64,000 nt of DNA from Lama guanicoe (lineage: Eukaryota): NCBI GenBank assembly GCA_013239625.1, contig MU054391.1, positions 1,548,711 to 1,612,710 of the forward strand, in the 5' to 3' direction. Positions 24,866 through 36,357 of the stretch are shown here, piece by piece (position 1 is the stretch's first letter; every line of letters begins with the position of its first letter). The notes beneath the pieces are model-generated. The model worked only from the letters and a program-made list of their open reading frames with translations, did no database searches and was not told the origin of the DNA. The translations under genes and the position numbers were made by a program.

Positions 24866-27800
24866 AAAGATTGCGACCACCCCCAGCCACATCCACTGCT
24901 GAAGAAATGACACACTGAAAACTCTGTCCCCGACTGGCTTGGCTGGGCCACGGCTGCGGCAGGGCCAGAGTTGGCCAGGACGGTGCAAAGCAGCCAAGGT
25001 TGCCCAGACCGGCTGCCGGGGGAGAACCGGGCTGCCTGATGAGGCCAGGCCTGGCCCCACCCCGCCCACCCTGTCCCCAGTGGACAGAACTCAAATCACA
25101 TCCGGAGCAACCAAGGCGGGGAAGAGGTGAAGGGGCTGCACGTCAGCACATCTCAAACCTCGTCTCCAAAATGAGGCCAACAAGCATCAGCACTCACACA
25201 GCATCAATCATGGCGGCGAGACATTCGGCCTCCACGCGAAGAGTCACGGCGGGCTGCCCCCGCACTTCTCTGGGTAACTTCCAGAGGGACGAAAATGATG
25301 TTCACAACCTCTATACATACCCAAGTCACCGGGAGACACACAGATTAAACGTTCAAAACCTAAATGTGTACTAAGAAAACCATATCGTGGATGTGCACAA
25401 AGATTTGTATCCAAGAAGGTTCACTGTGGCGCTGATTATCGTAATGCAAGTTAGAAGCCACCTGAGCGTCCGGCAACAGGAGACTGTTCAAACAGACCGT
25501 GGTGTCTGACTGTAACGTGGAACCGTGAAGCCATTCGGTGTCTCGCAAACACGGCCCGGTGCGCAGGAAGGGCCACCGCAGACACTCCCAGGGCACCGGC
25601 CAGCAGGTGAGCTGCACGCCCTCGCGGGTTACAAGCGGGCCCGCCTGCCCGGGAGAGCCGGGGAGTGAGCTGGGCAGGGGCAGTTACAGCTGCTTTTTCT
25701 TTACTTCTCAGTGGCTTATCTTTATTTTTGACATGGTTTCATGATTAATATGCACAACTTTGCAATCAGAACAAACATTAATGCTACTTTGAGGCCGTTT
25801 CCATGACACCCGAGGAGGCTCCATTCTGTGGGTGCGAAGGTGGCTGTCGCGTCCTCCTGTGCGGGTCTTCATGTGAAAATAGCCCAGCCCCTGAGGGGTT
25901 GCTTCAGACTCAGCGTAGAATTCAAATCCGCCACTGCCGCCTACAGGCCATGTGGCCCTGAGCCTCAGTGTCCCGAGAGCTCCTGGGATCCCTGGGGCCG
26001 CGCGCATCCCGTGTGGTGCAGCCCCACCGCCAGCCCCCTCCCTTCTCTTGGGCAGAGTGGGGAGGTTAAAACCCTTACTATTGTTTTTATCCATAAAACT
26101 GTTTTCAGTCAGCTTCTCCCCACACTCATGGCCCAATGCAATTTTCACAGTGGGTTTGGAAATGTTCCTGTCGGACAACTTCTAAATTATAAAAGTCACA
26201 TATGAACAGAGACTAAAAGGCAACATACAAATCAGGAAAAAATTTTATGTTGTTGAGGGAACAGGAAATTTTTTTCTTAAGCATCTGGTATTTCCTACTT
26301 ACCAGAAAATTCAGTGACACTTACAAAAGGATGCACTTAAACGTACCATTTGTCCTTTCCCCAAATCCCTCCCTCTGCGACGCCCGGCAGCACCAGGACC
26401 ACCACACGGGGGAGCGCTCGAGCTCCGGCTCAGAAGTCCTCGTGGGCGGGCTCTGAGGACCAGGTGAGCCACGTCAGGGGGCGCCAGGTGAGGGCACCGT
26501 CCCCCCCAGTCCTCCCTGCACACGGGCTCTGACTCCTGGCTGGAGGGCCAGCCTTTGGGCCTGACTTCTGACCTCCTCTCTGCCGCCCAGCACTCCTCCA
26601 GAGCCCTGCTCCCGCCCGGGGACGGGTTCTCACAGCCTCATCAGAAAGCCCTTCTTTGCCATGAAGACACGAAGCACTGCTGTCCAACCCGGCTCTGGTA
26701 CCTGCACCAAACAGGCCTTCCCCTGGGCTCACTTCTTACACTCTCAGGCACACTGACATCGGCCCCTACCCAGACGGCCAGGGGCGGGGTTGGGGGGTGG
26801 GGGTCAACATCCTGCCGAGGCCATCTCTCCTCATCTGACACTGATAACAGCCCTCAGCCTTCCTCGTTAAGCTTGAGAGCCCTGAGACTCTTCCACAGTC
26901 CTCAGTTACACAGGCTCACAGACAGGTCCAAGGACTACACCGTTGTGAGATGATTCAAGCTAGGCACGTTCAGAAAGCATGGCGAGACGTCGCCACCGCA
27001 AACAAGCAGAGATCAAAGGAATGACAGCTAATACGCAAAATGCGGCAGGCACCGAGCAACTCCACGCACGCGGCTTCCTCTCATCCTTAAAAGAGCCCCA
27101 TGTAACACTTCATTATCAGCCACGATCACGGCGAAGAGACCGAGTTACAGAGTTGGAGGCCTGTTCCGTTGGAAACAGGATTCCAGAGCACATGCTATGA
27201 ACCCCACACCATCGGGGTGCACAGGGGGCCCCACGCCAGCCTGGGGGGCCCACTCCCTGCAAGGCCAGGCTCTGCGCTGCAGCCGGGCATCGGAAGATGG
27301 GACAGTTCCTGATTCCGAAAGAAGAGACTGTACTTAACTGTCTCCTCACAGGGCCCACGCTCCACCTGGCTCACACAAAGCACAAAGAAACGTCCTGCTG
27401 CATAAATGTATGCGGTTCCAGGCCAGCTCCTGAAACGAGTGACATAATGGAGAAAACACTGTGATCGCGGTGAGGGCAGGAGAGTGTTGGGGTGCGACAG
27501 ACAGCGCAGCCCACGTCGGCTCGGGGGGCGGTAAGACGCGTGCTCATCTGGGCGGCGTGGAAAGGTCGCTTTCAACTCTTCACGCCATTGCTGAGTTCTG
27601 AAAATGCTTTTAACAGCTCATAATGAAGCTCAAACTCATATATTTTGAATTGCCATTATTAAAATTTTAAAGTTGGATTTACCAGTGCAGGGCTGAGGGC
27701 ATAGATGACACGCTATAAAAACTTAGGAGCTGCAGTTATAAAACTTATTAGGAAGCCTGTAAAGATTAACTTGACCAAGCCTCCCCCATCCTGGAGAATC

Positions 27801-28329
27801 AGGGCTCAGAGGAAGCTGCCCAGGTGTGCCTGGACGGCAGGTGGGGACACCTGGCCGCAAGCCCCGCCGTCGGTCTCACGTCCCCAGTTGGCTCTGCTCC
27901 CGGCTCATGGCAGCAGTCCTGTGAAGCCCGTTTCCTCTGCCATGCGTCTGCCTCGGCAGGACGTGCTGAGTGATGAGCGGAATCCGAGAGCTGGGTTCCA
28001 GGGAGGACTGGCCACTTCCCAGCTGTGTTGCCCCAGGCGGTCACTGACTCCTTCTGGGCTCTTGCTTCAGCGTTACCTCTGAAGGTGAACTGAGGGAACT
28101 GCGTTTCTAAGATCTCTTTGATCTAATGGAAACACACACTAATCCTCCAGCTAAAGCCAAAGTAACGAGAGTTATCAAATATGCTCCACATTTCCCAATG
28201 CTTACGATGCCCACAGCGTGACTGCCATTTACCCATCCCTATTAACACTCTTTCCTGGAGCAAATAAGTCCCAGTGTGCTAACAGTCCCATCTGTGACAC
28301 CCAAAGTAGGCTTGGAGTCCAGGAGAAAA

Positions 28330-28645
28330 CGACCCCACGCTCCACAACCTCCTGGGGCCCAGCAAGGGCACGTCTCCGTCTGTAAGCAGGAAATCCAAGA
28401 CCAGGGGGCCCACGTGGCCGGATTTTGGTAAGAACCCTCTTCCTGGACCACGGACGTGCATCTTCCCACTGTGGCCTCACATGGGTAGGTTAACGGGCTC
28501 TGCGGGTCCCTTATATGAGGCACTAACCCCATATGAGGTTCCACCCTCAGGGCCCCAGCACCTCCCAAAGGCCCCACCTTCTAGCACCATCACCTGGGGT
28601 TAGGTCCCAACACGCGAGTTTGGGGGGAACACAAGCGTTCACCCC
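28330..28645 (-). mobile_element. MaLR LTR (MLT1-like), antisense
   Basis: aaatccaagacca...ctcttcctgg...ggcactaaccccatatgagg...cacctcccaaaggccccacct...tttggggggaacaca. Confidence 0.7.
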
Positions 28646-29104
28646 ACAGAGAGTGACAAGATGGTCAGGGGCTGGAGGAAGCTGGGACCTGGGTCACTGG
28701 GGCATAATCAGCAGGGGAGGCCAGAGCCTCAGACAACATGGAGTGAGCGGTCCCTGAAGTGAGAGGGGAGGGAAGACAGGCGGAAGGGGCCCTGGACGCC
28801 CCAGGCCCGCAGGCACACACACCAGGGCTCCAGGCACAGCCAGGAAGGCCCACAGACACCCCCATCCACAGGCCCAGTGTGTTCAGTCAGAAGCAAAGAC
28901 GGACCCTCCGCAGCTCCCACGGCGCAGTGCAAACCCATCCGGGCCTCCAGGGCTCCAGGGCAGCTTCGGGCACCTACCCCTCACGACCCCCATAGGCCAC
29001 GCCACCAGGGGTCTGAGCCGATTCTCCCCAACACCTAGACCAACGACTCGGATGGAATTTACTGGATGCCCAGGCCAAGGGTTCTTGGATAACATAACTT
29101 CTTG

Positions 29105-29207
29105 GGTTTTTTCTTTTAATTCTTTTTTTTTTCTTTCATGGAGGTGCTGGGGATTGAACCCAGGACCCCGTGTATGCTTAGCACACGCTACCCGGGCTAC
29201 GCCATCC
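29105..29207 (-). mobile_element. tRNA-derived SINE, antisense
   Basis: Poly-T followed by atggaggtgctggggattgaacccaggacc...tgcttagcacacgct. Confidence 0.75.
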
Positions 29208-30660
29208 TGCAATGTAACTTCTCCAGACGGAGGAAAAACTACACCAGAAAGAAACCTGGTTCATTTGTCTGAGGATGTATAACAGGACACCAAAAACACC
29301 ACGGGGCATCAGAGGACTTCCATGTGAAAACTGTGTGCATTTGCCAAGCAGGCCTAATTACTGCAATTTTTGTGACTTTCCTTAAAATGCATCCATCCGA
29401 TGACAACCGACTCCGAGCCGGGCAGCAAGAGGGCCCCGGGCGCACGGCTCTGTCCTCAGAACACCCACAAGACACACCGGGACTGGACAGGAGGGGCAGC
29501 AACTCGGAGAAACACAGCTACGGGGCGAAAACAAGCAGACACGGCACCAGAGGCCGGTGACGTTAGAGGGGCGCCTGGACAGAGCCACCCTCGGCCAAAG
29601 CGCACACACAGAACAATGGCGCTAACACACTGACAAGTGAGCAAACCACAAAGGCACACAGCAGCCTGAGAAAGCGGCCAGTGTGCGGCCCCCGCCTCCA
29701 GGGGCACTGCCTCCTCACTGGCTGTGCAGAGGGGGCGGGCCTTTCTGTCCCCCTGGCACCCACCCCATCTACCCAAGACGCGGGGGAAGCAGAGAAAATC
29801 CTCGGGGGAGGCACAGCACAGGAGCAAGCAGAGCCCTGCACCCGGGCCTGGGTCCCAGGGGCTCCTGGCTCCTCTCCCTGAGCTTCCCCACGATGGGAGG
29901 AACACCCGCCCTCCTCCCGGAGGAGGGCCCGGAGACAGGAAAGACTCGTCCTGCTCCCAGCACAGCAGGCCCGGGGCAGAATTCAAGGCACAGAAAAGAA
30001 AGCAGTCTGCCAGACAAAGAAAGGCCAGCCACCGTGACAGCCCCTAAACTCATAAAAATAGCAGAGCTGAATTAAGGAGTCCTGATTCAGGTGCCGGGCA
30101 CTTTCTGGGGAACGAATGGTTGCCTGGAAGGAGCTGACGGCCTGAGGCCAAGCCACAGGCCGGACGCCCGAGCAGCCAGCCCCTAGGCCCCAGGAAGGGC
30201 CGAGCTCCTGCTCTCAGACGGAGGCGGTGGGGGGAGGCCAGACTGGCGGTCACGCGATGCCACTGTCACAGCTCCCATGGCGTGGCAGGTGCTGTGGGCA
30301 GGGGCGTTGTTGGCCTGTGGGAGTCCCACATGCACAGCAAGTGCCTAGGACACACACATGCACACACACAAGCAGAGCACACGCTTTATAATTAAAGGAC
30401 ATGTTTATGCCAGGGGAGGAGGCGGAGAGGGGAGTAGATGTTTCTTCCAGCAGGGTCGCCTTGGAAACCAGGTGACTGCTGAAGGCGACTCCCTCTGTTT
30501 GGGAATGGGACCAACAGCACCTGCTCTTTCCAGGATGCAGGTGTGGGAACCCCAACCTCGAGAAGGGCCTCACCTGCCTGGGTACCTTTTGGGCCCTCAG
30601 TCCTCTGGGGGCTCCTGGGCCAGGACCCACTGTCACTGTGGTTCTCTTTATCTCTCGTGG

Positions 30661-30850
30661 CATTGCAGATGGGGACAAATGACACTGCAGATGGGGACAT
30701 ACGACACTGCAGATGGGGGCACACACATGACACTGCAGATGGTGACACACAGATGACACTGCAGATGGGGACACACACGACACTGCAAACAGGACACACA
30801 CATGACACGTGGATGGGGACACACAACAAACACCGTGGACGGGGACAGGA
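30661..30850. repeat. Minisatellite, 22-26 bp unit cactgcagatggggacacacatga, ~8 copies
   Basis: Units are directly visible and decay toward the right end. Confidence 0.9.
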
Positions 30851-33800
30851 CACAGGAGGAATTGACAAAGAAGCCCAGGGCTCTGAGAGGGGATGGGATG
30901 GGGCAAGGAGGCGGGACGTTAGTGAGATGGTCTTCGTCACCTTAAGGCGCACTTGGCAGTCATCTTTTAAGAACACTGTTGGAAAGCAGAGGGACACTAC
31001 AACTGTCCTCTTGGAGACGCAGGACCCACCAGTGCTGTGCTCAGCCCTTCCCCAGGGCCCCTCTCTTGGGCGCAGGCATCACCCGAGATGTGCCTGTCAC
31101 ATGTGGGAGGAAGCACGTGCGTCACGTGTGGAAGCGTGTCACGCACACGTGCAGGGACCCAGGCACATCGCATGTGAGACTGTGTGTCATGTATGAGGGG
31201 AAACACGCGTGTCCCACGTGCAAAGGGACAGGCATGCCACGTGTGGTTCCAGCACACGTATCCCCACACAGTCCAGCCCGCCTGCTCCTCTCAGCCTCCC
31301 CTCACCCCAGCTTCCTCCCAGGGAAGGTGCCAAAGTTCCCTGAAAACACAAGGCCCCCACTCCCTGCAAGTGACGAGCTCACCAGAGCCTGCGGCCTTGC
31401 TCGGGCGGCCGTGCCTCTCCATGATGCGGGCTCCGGAGCCCCCGGCAGGAGATGGGCGCCCCCTCCCGCCTCCGCCCCCGCCCCCTGCAACCACCTCTCT
31501 CCTAAGTGTCACTGCAGTTACCGCCCCCTGGGTCCCCGTGTCATCGGAAGCTCAGCTCGAGCGCGAATGTGCCTCTGTGTGCCCCGCACAGGACAGTGGC
31601 AGGACTCGGAGCCCGGTCACTGCGCTAAGCAAATCATGCTGAGGGAATGAAAGAATGGATGAATGGAAGGACGCAGGTCCCGGCCACACCCGCACCTTCC
31701 CCGGAAACCAGCACGACGCCAGCATCTCCCGTCCCCTGCACCGGGACTCACAGACAAGACACTGCAGCTCAAGTGTGGAGACGGGAAGATAGAAGCCTCG
31801 TCCTCCCCCCTTTAATTCAGCCGTGGCCAGCAGACGTCCCCAGAGCCGGAGGCTGCAGGCAGGCCTGAGCGCGCAGTGGGAGAGCAGCGGGGCGACAGGG
31901 CACGCAGCAGGCCCGCGCGGAGCACTCGGGGCCGCTGCGCGGCGGAGGACAAGGGAAAGGCTTCCAAACAGCTGCGAATCTGTCCCTGTTAAAGTCAACT
32001 ACTCCGCTCTCCCAGACCTTACCACTGGGCAGTCACGTTGCTAAGACCAGGTATGAAGGAGGGCCAAAGCCTCTAACTTACAATGGAAACGTCCCTCTCC
32101 CCAGGTCCGAGGACTGTGTCCTAGAAGTCAGGACTGTTCGCAGAAACGACGCCCGCTCCACGGCACGCGGAGTCGTGAACAACGCCTGTCGGAGGAGGCC
32201 GATCTCACCCCTCGGACGATCACGGCTCACATGGCAGGGCCACAACCCAGGAGCCCCTGAAGCCTGGGCCCAGCCCAGGCTGATCTCACGCTACAAAGGA
32301 TTTCAGGGCGAGCAGAGCACTTCCCGCCATGTGGGGCTGATCCTCTCTCAGTGTCAGAGCCATGCAGGAGATAGTTTTGGCTGAGAAAACCAGGTACAGA
32401 GGCCCTTATTAATTAATGCCTTACATCGCCTCACCTTGGTTTTAATCCATGAGTTTCTCTGAGCTTTTAATATTTTCTAGCAAAATCTTACAAGCATCCC
32501 TTATTAAGTAATAACAATAATTTCTTCCTTATTCTCAAGAATGTTCTACCAAAAAGGGCAATGGTGCAGCCTCGGAACTGAGAGGAACCGAAAAGGAAGT
32601 GGGTGAGAAAGAGGCACTCAGAGGCCTGGGGACAGAGCCAGGTGGGCGAGAAACACCTGCCCCCTCACAAGCTCCGCCTGGTCCACCCCTGGACAAAAGC
32701 TCTGGGCCGACTGACACCCGCCCACCTGCTCAGCGGGCAGTGGGCTGCGCCAGAGAGAGGAGCTGGGCCTCCAGCACCAACCAGCTCCCTGTCCGTCATC
32801 TGGCGAGTCTTCCTCCCCCTCCCCTCAGGCAGCGTCCCCCGACTCATAGAGCCTCCCTGGGTCTCCTCTTTCCCTGTGAGACAGCCGCTCACTCCCATCT
32901 GACGTTTTCCAGGAGAAAAATGACAACACATCCATCCACGTTCAGAAGACTGGGAATCACAAAGAAAGGACTCTATCACAAACACCCGCATCCCCTGAAG
33001 ACGACCACAGCTCGAACCTTTTGACCTGTTTCTTCCCAGTCTTTATTCTACGCAGAGATTCAATTCTGTACTTTATCTGCTGCTTTAGTGGAGGTATGAT
33101 TGACACCACGCGGTGTTAGTTTCAGGCGCACAATGCAATGAGTCGCTATTTGTACACACTGCAGTATAATCCACTCTTTTCTCAGTGATGACACAGCACA
33201 TGCGGTCTTCACATCTCACTGAGTCAGCTAAGAATTTTCAGGCTGGGACGCTTGTGAGTGACCAGGTTCAACCAGGCTGGACCATATGAGTCTGCCATTA
33301 TAAATGGGAATTTCATATCATCCAAATGTTTGCACAATGTGATTGCTTCTAATTTTTTCGCCATCACACGTACCATTACAATAATATGCCTTGTATAGAA
33401 AGCTTTTTCTATGTTTTGGGTATAAAAACTGCAGGTTAAATAATTTGAGCACTTATTTGTGAAGCTTTAGGTATACATATCATCAAATTAGTTGTCAGAA
33501 AGGCAATGCTAATACACACCCCCTCATCAGCTCGGGAGAGTGAGGACGTCACCACGCCCTCCCCGGCACCGAGTATTCTCAGGCAGCGGGTTTACCGCCA
33601 TTTCCGCCCAAGCGGCCGTGGTAACTGGCTGGGGGCCTACACCACGTGACATGGCCTCCTGTGCATTTCCCAGGATCAAAGGCAGGTGCGCCTTCACAGC
33701 ACCCCCAGCACCGGTACACGGCTCCACCTGTCTGTCAGCCAGGAGGAAAATGAAGGCCAGCGAGGTTAATCCATTCACACAAGGTCGCACGTCTGTGTCC

Positions 33801-34291
33801 AGCCATGGCCTGAACCTCAATCATGTGGGTACCTAACATCCGTTCCACTGTGGTGGCCGGATCAGCACACGGGCCACACTGGTACTCTCTGTGGATGACC
33901 AGCAGTGACGGCTTGCAGTGTGCTACGCTGAGGTGGGCCATGGCCTCACGCAGGCCCAGCTAGAGAGAGTGCTGTGAGCAACCAAAGCGGCCACCCCCTG
34001 GCCGGGGTTGAAGGGGTGATGCTGACCACGCAGCCCAATTGCTCTCCAGTCACTTGCACAGTAAATCCTACGTAACCACAAACCCGCAGCAGTAATGTCA
34101 CACGGAGTAAGATTAAACTATTTAATTTAATCGTTACGTACAGTTGGATATGTAAATCCCAGTGAAAGTTTTACTTCGCGTGTGTGGCATTAATTTTCCC
34201 AAACGTTGCTTGAAAGATCAAGAACAAAATGGTTATAAAACTAAGAACAGGCTTAGTGCTGAACATGTACACATTTGTCAGAAATAGTTAC

Positions 34292-34375
34292 CTGATTATC
34301 ATATTTCAGAGACTGCGTCCCAACCAAAAACCGGATGGCATCTGTCTCTGCAGTTTGAGGTGTCAGAGCACGTGC
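34292..34375 (-). CDS. EIPR1: EIPR1 coding exon 2, [28 protein letters not shown]
   Basis: 84 nt, phase 0/0. Polypyrimidine tract plus cag acceptor, CAG|gtaact donor. Lies within ORF 34253..34492(-) and continues exon 1 in frame. Confidence 0.96.
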
Positions 34376-35875
34376 CTGCGGGGGGAAGGAAAAGGCACAC
34401 ACATGTATGAAGTCAGATTTAACAGACAGACTGAAAAGGCACTCCCCTCCTCTGCTGCTGCCGGAGGAGCAGCTGGCGCCAGGCGCCCGCAAGGCGCCCG
34501 GAACGTGCGCGAGCGGCCCTCAGCTCCCGTCCGCTCAGGGACGTGACAATCCCACTTCAGAGCTATGTCTGGAAATGGCAGTAAGAGGGCACAAGAACTA
34601 AGCAAGGACAATGTACACTGTGCTTTTAACAAAACCAGTATTCATTTCCAAAGTCCCAGATTGGTTGAACAAATGATTCCTCAACAACGGAGCAGAAAGT
34701 GGCTCCCGGTGATGGCAGAGTGGGTGGTTACGCCAGGTCCCTGCAGAGCCAAGAACCCTGAGTCTGTTTCAAGGCTACAGGGAGCTGCCGCAGTCGGGAA
34801 AAGCAAGATCCCGGAAAGGCGGGAAGCACAGAGAGAGAGGCCTGACCCCGGGCCATTTTCACCTGGAGGCGCGTGTCCGTCTGGAAAGCGTGGCCAAGCG
34901 GTGACGCCGAGCAGGCCTTCTGACAACGTGCGGGACCCACCCCGGAGGAGGGGCCAGCCAAGACTAGGCCATGGTCACGGGCCAGGCCTGAGGGTGTACA
35001 GAGTCAGACGCAGCTGCACTGGGACCAGCTCCTCGGGCTCACGTGCTCAGAGCCGGCTCCCTCAGAGCCGCCACGGCTGTGACCAGCCAGGTCCCCGCAG
35101 CCCACGCTCTGATGCCTGCGGGAAGCAGAAGCCCCCCCCGCCATGTGCACATCCTTGCCCCAAGCCCCATGCATGTGCTAAGGTACACGCCAAAGGGACT
35201 GTGATTAGGGTGTGATTAGGTTAGGATCTTGAGAAGAGATTATCCGGAATTATCTAGTCACGTGGGTCCTTAAAATCAGAAAACCTTTCCTGGCCGTAGT
35301 CACTCACAGATAACGTGGCAGTAACACCAGGCCTCTGCGGGCCCAGAGGCTGGACATCCATGATCACCTATGATTTCCCCTCCCCTTCACCGCCAGGCTT
35401 CACGCTGGCTCAGGCACAGAAAGCGGTTCTCCCACGGCACGGGCTTCCCCACAGCCCCAGGGTCACGGCGTCACACACACAGCCGGCCCGCAGCCCGTGC
35501 TCGAGCTTCCAGACCCCCGACAAGGAGCCCTTTGTGTCCCATCACCCCCACCCCTGCCGTCCTCCCTGACCCCTTCTCCTTCCTGACTCTCCCCTCTTCC
35601 CCATGGGTATCACTGTGGTCACTCGGTGGTGGCGGCTTCCAACTGTCAATCCATGCCCCCTCGCCAGCTCCACGACAGGGCCCCCGGGCATCTCTGTCCC
35701 TCAACCACACTGAGCCCAGTGCCCCCAGACCTGCTCCCCGCGTTCACTCAGTGCCCCGGCCCCCCTCTCCTGACCCAACACACTCAGTGCCCACGTGGCC
35801 CGGCCCTCCCCCCTCCTCTCCACCCCCACCCTCACCCACACCATTTCTCGCCGAAATCCCATTTTTACGACCTGC

Positions 35876-36357
35876 TGTGATAGGGAAGAACAAACCTGAC
35901 CCCACGTGGACCTGTTTCTTTAACTTCTGTATTCCATTGCTCTGACTACAAGTTAGTCAGTAAAGGGATGTTGCCTATAAGCTTACATTACACAGAATGG
36001 CCCAGCTCCGGGAACCCTGCCTCCCAGGTGATGAGCGTTAAGCTAAAATACCTGTGTTTAGCTCCCAGGAAACTTCCTGACCAGACCCACCTGGGAACGA
36101 CCGCAGGAAGGACGGAATTAACGCCACCCTCTGGAGGCTGAGCGCAAGCAGGAAACGTTCGCCTTGACTCCCTCTCCTTTTAGTATAAAAGCAGCATGAA
36201 TTCTAACTCAGGCAAGAGGGTACTTTGGGACACTAGCCCACCATCTTTTCGGTCTGCTGGCTTTCCAAACGGAGTCGCTATTCCTTGCCCCGAAAACTCA
36301 TCCTTCAATTAACTGGCCTGTGGCGCCACAAACAGTCCAAGCTTGGACTCGGTAACA
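35876..36357 (+). mobile_element. ERV1-class solo LTR in EIPR1 intron 1
   Basis: TG...CA termini (tgtgatag...ggtaaca), ~480 bp, TATAAAA at 36184-90, 3' part ...tgctggctttcc...gtcgctattccttgcccc...gcttggactcggtaaca typical of ERV1 LTRs. No internal sequence. Confidence 0.75.

Noticed and set aside
26781..26803. Canonical G-quadruplex motif GGGGCGGGGTTGGGGGGTGGGGG
   Set aside because: The motif is real, but such runs are common at this GC content and nothing in the context suggests function.
30250..31196. Cys-rich and Thr/His-rich repetitive ORFs, or a CRISPR-like regular array
   Set aside because: Translation of the minisatellite. There are no unique spacers and no cas genes, and the DNA is a mammalian intron.
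35200..35226. Telomere-like TTAGGG/TTAGG motifs
   Set aside because: A small local duplication (gtgattagg x2) inside a probable MaLR LTR fragment; too short to call an interstitial telomere.
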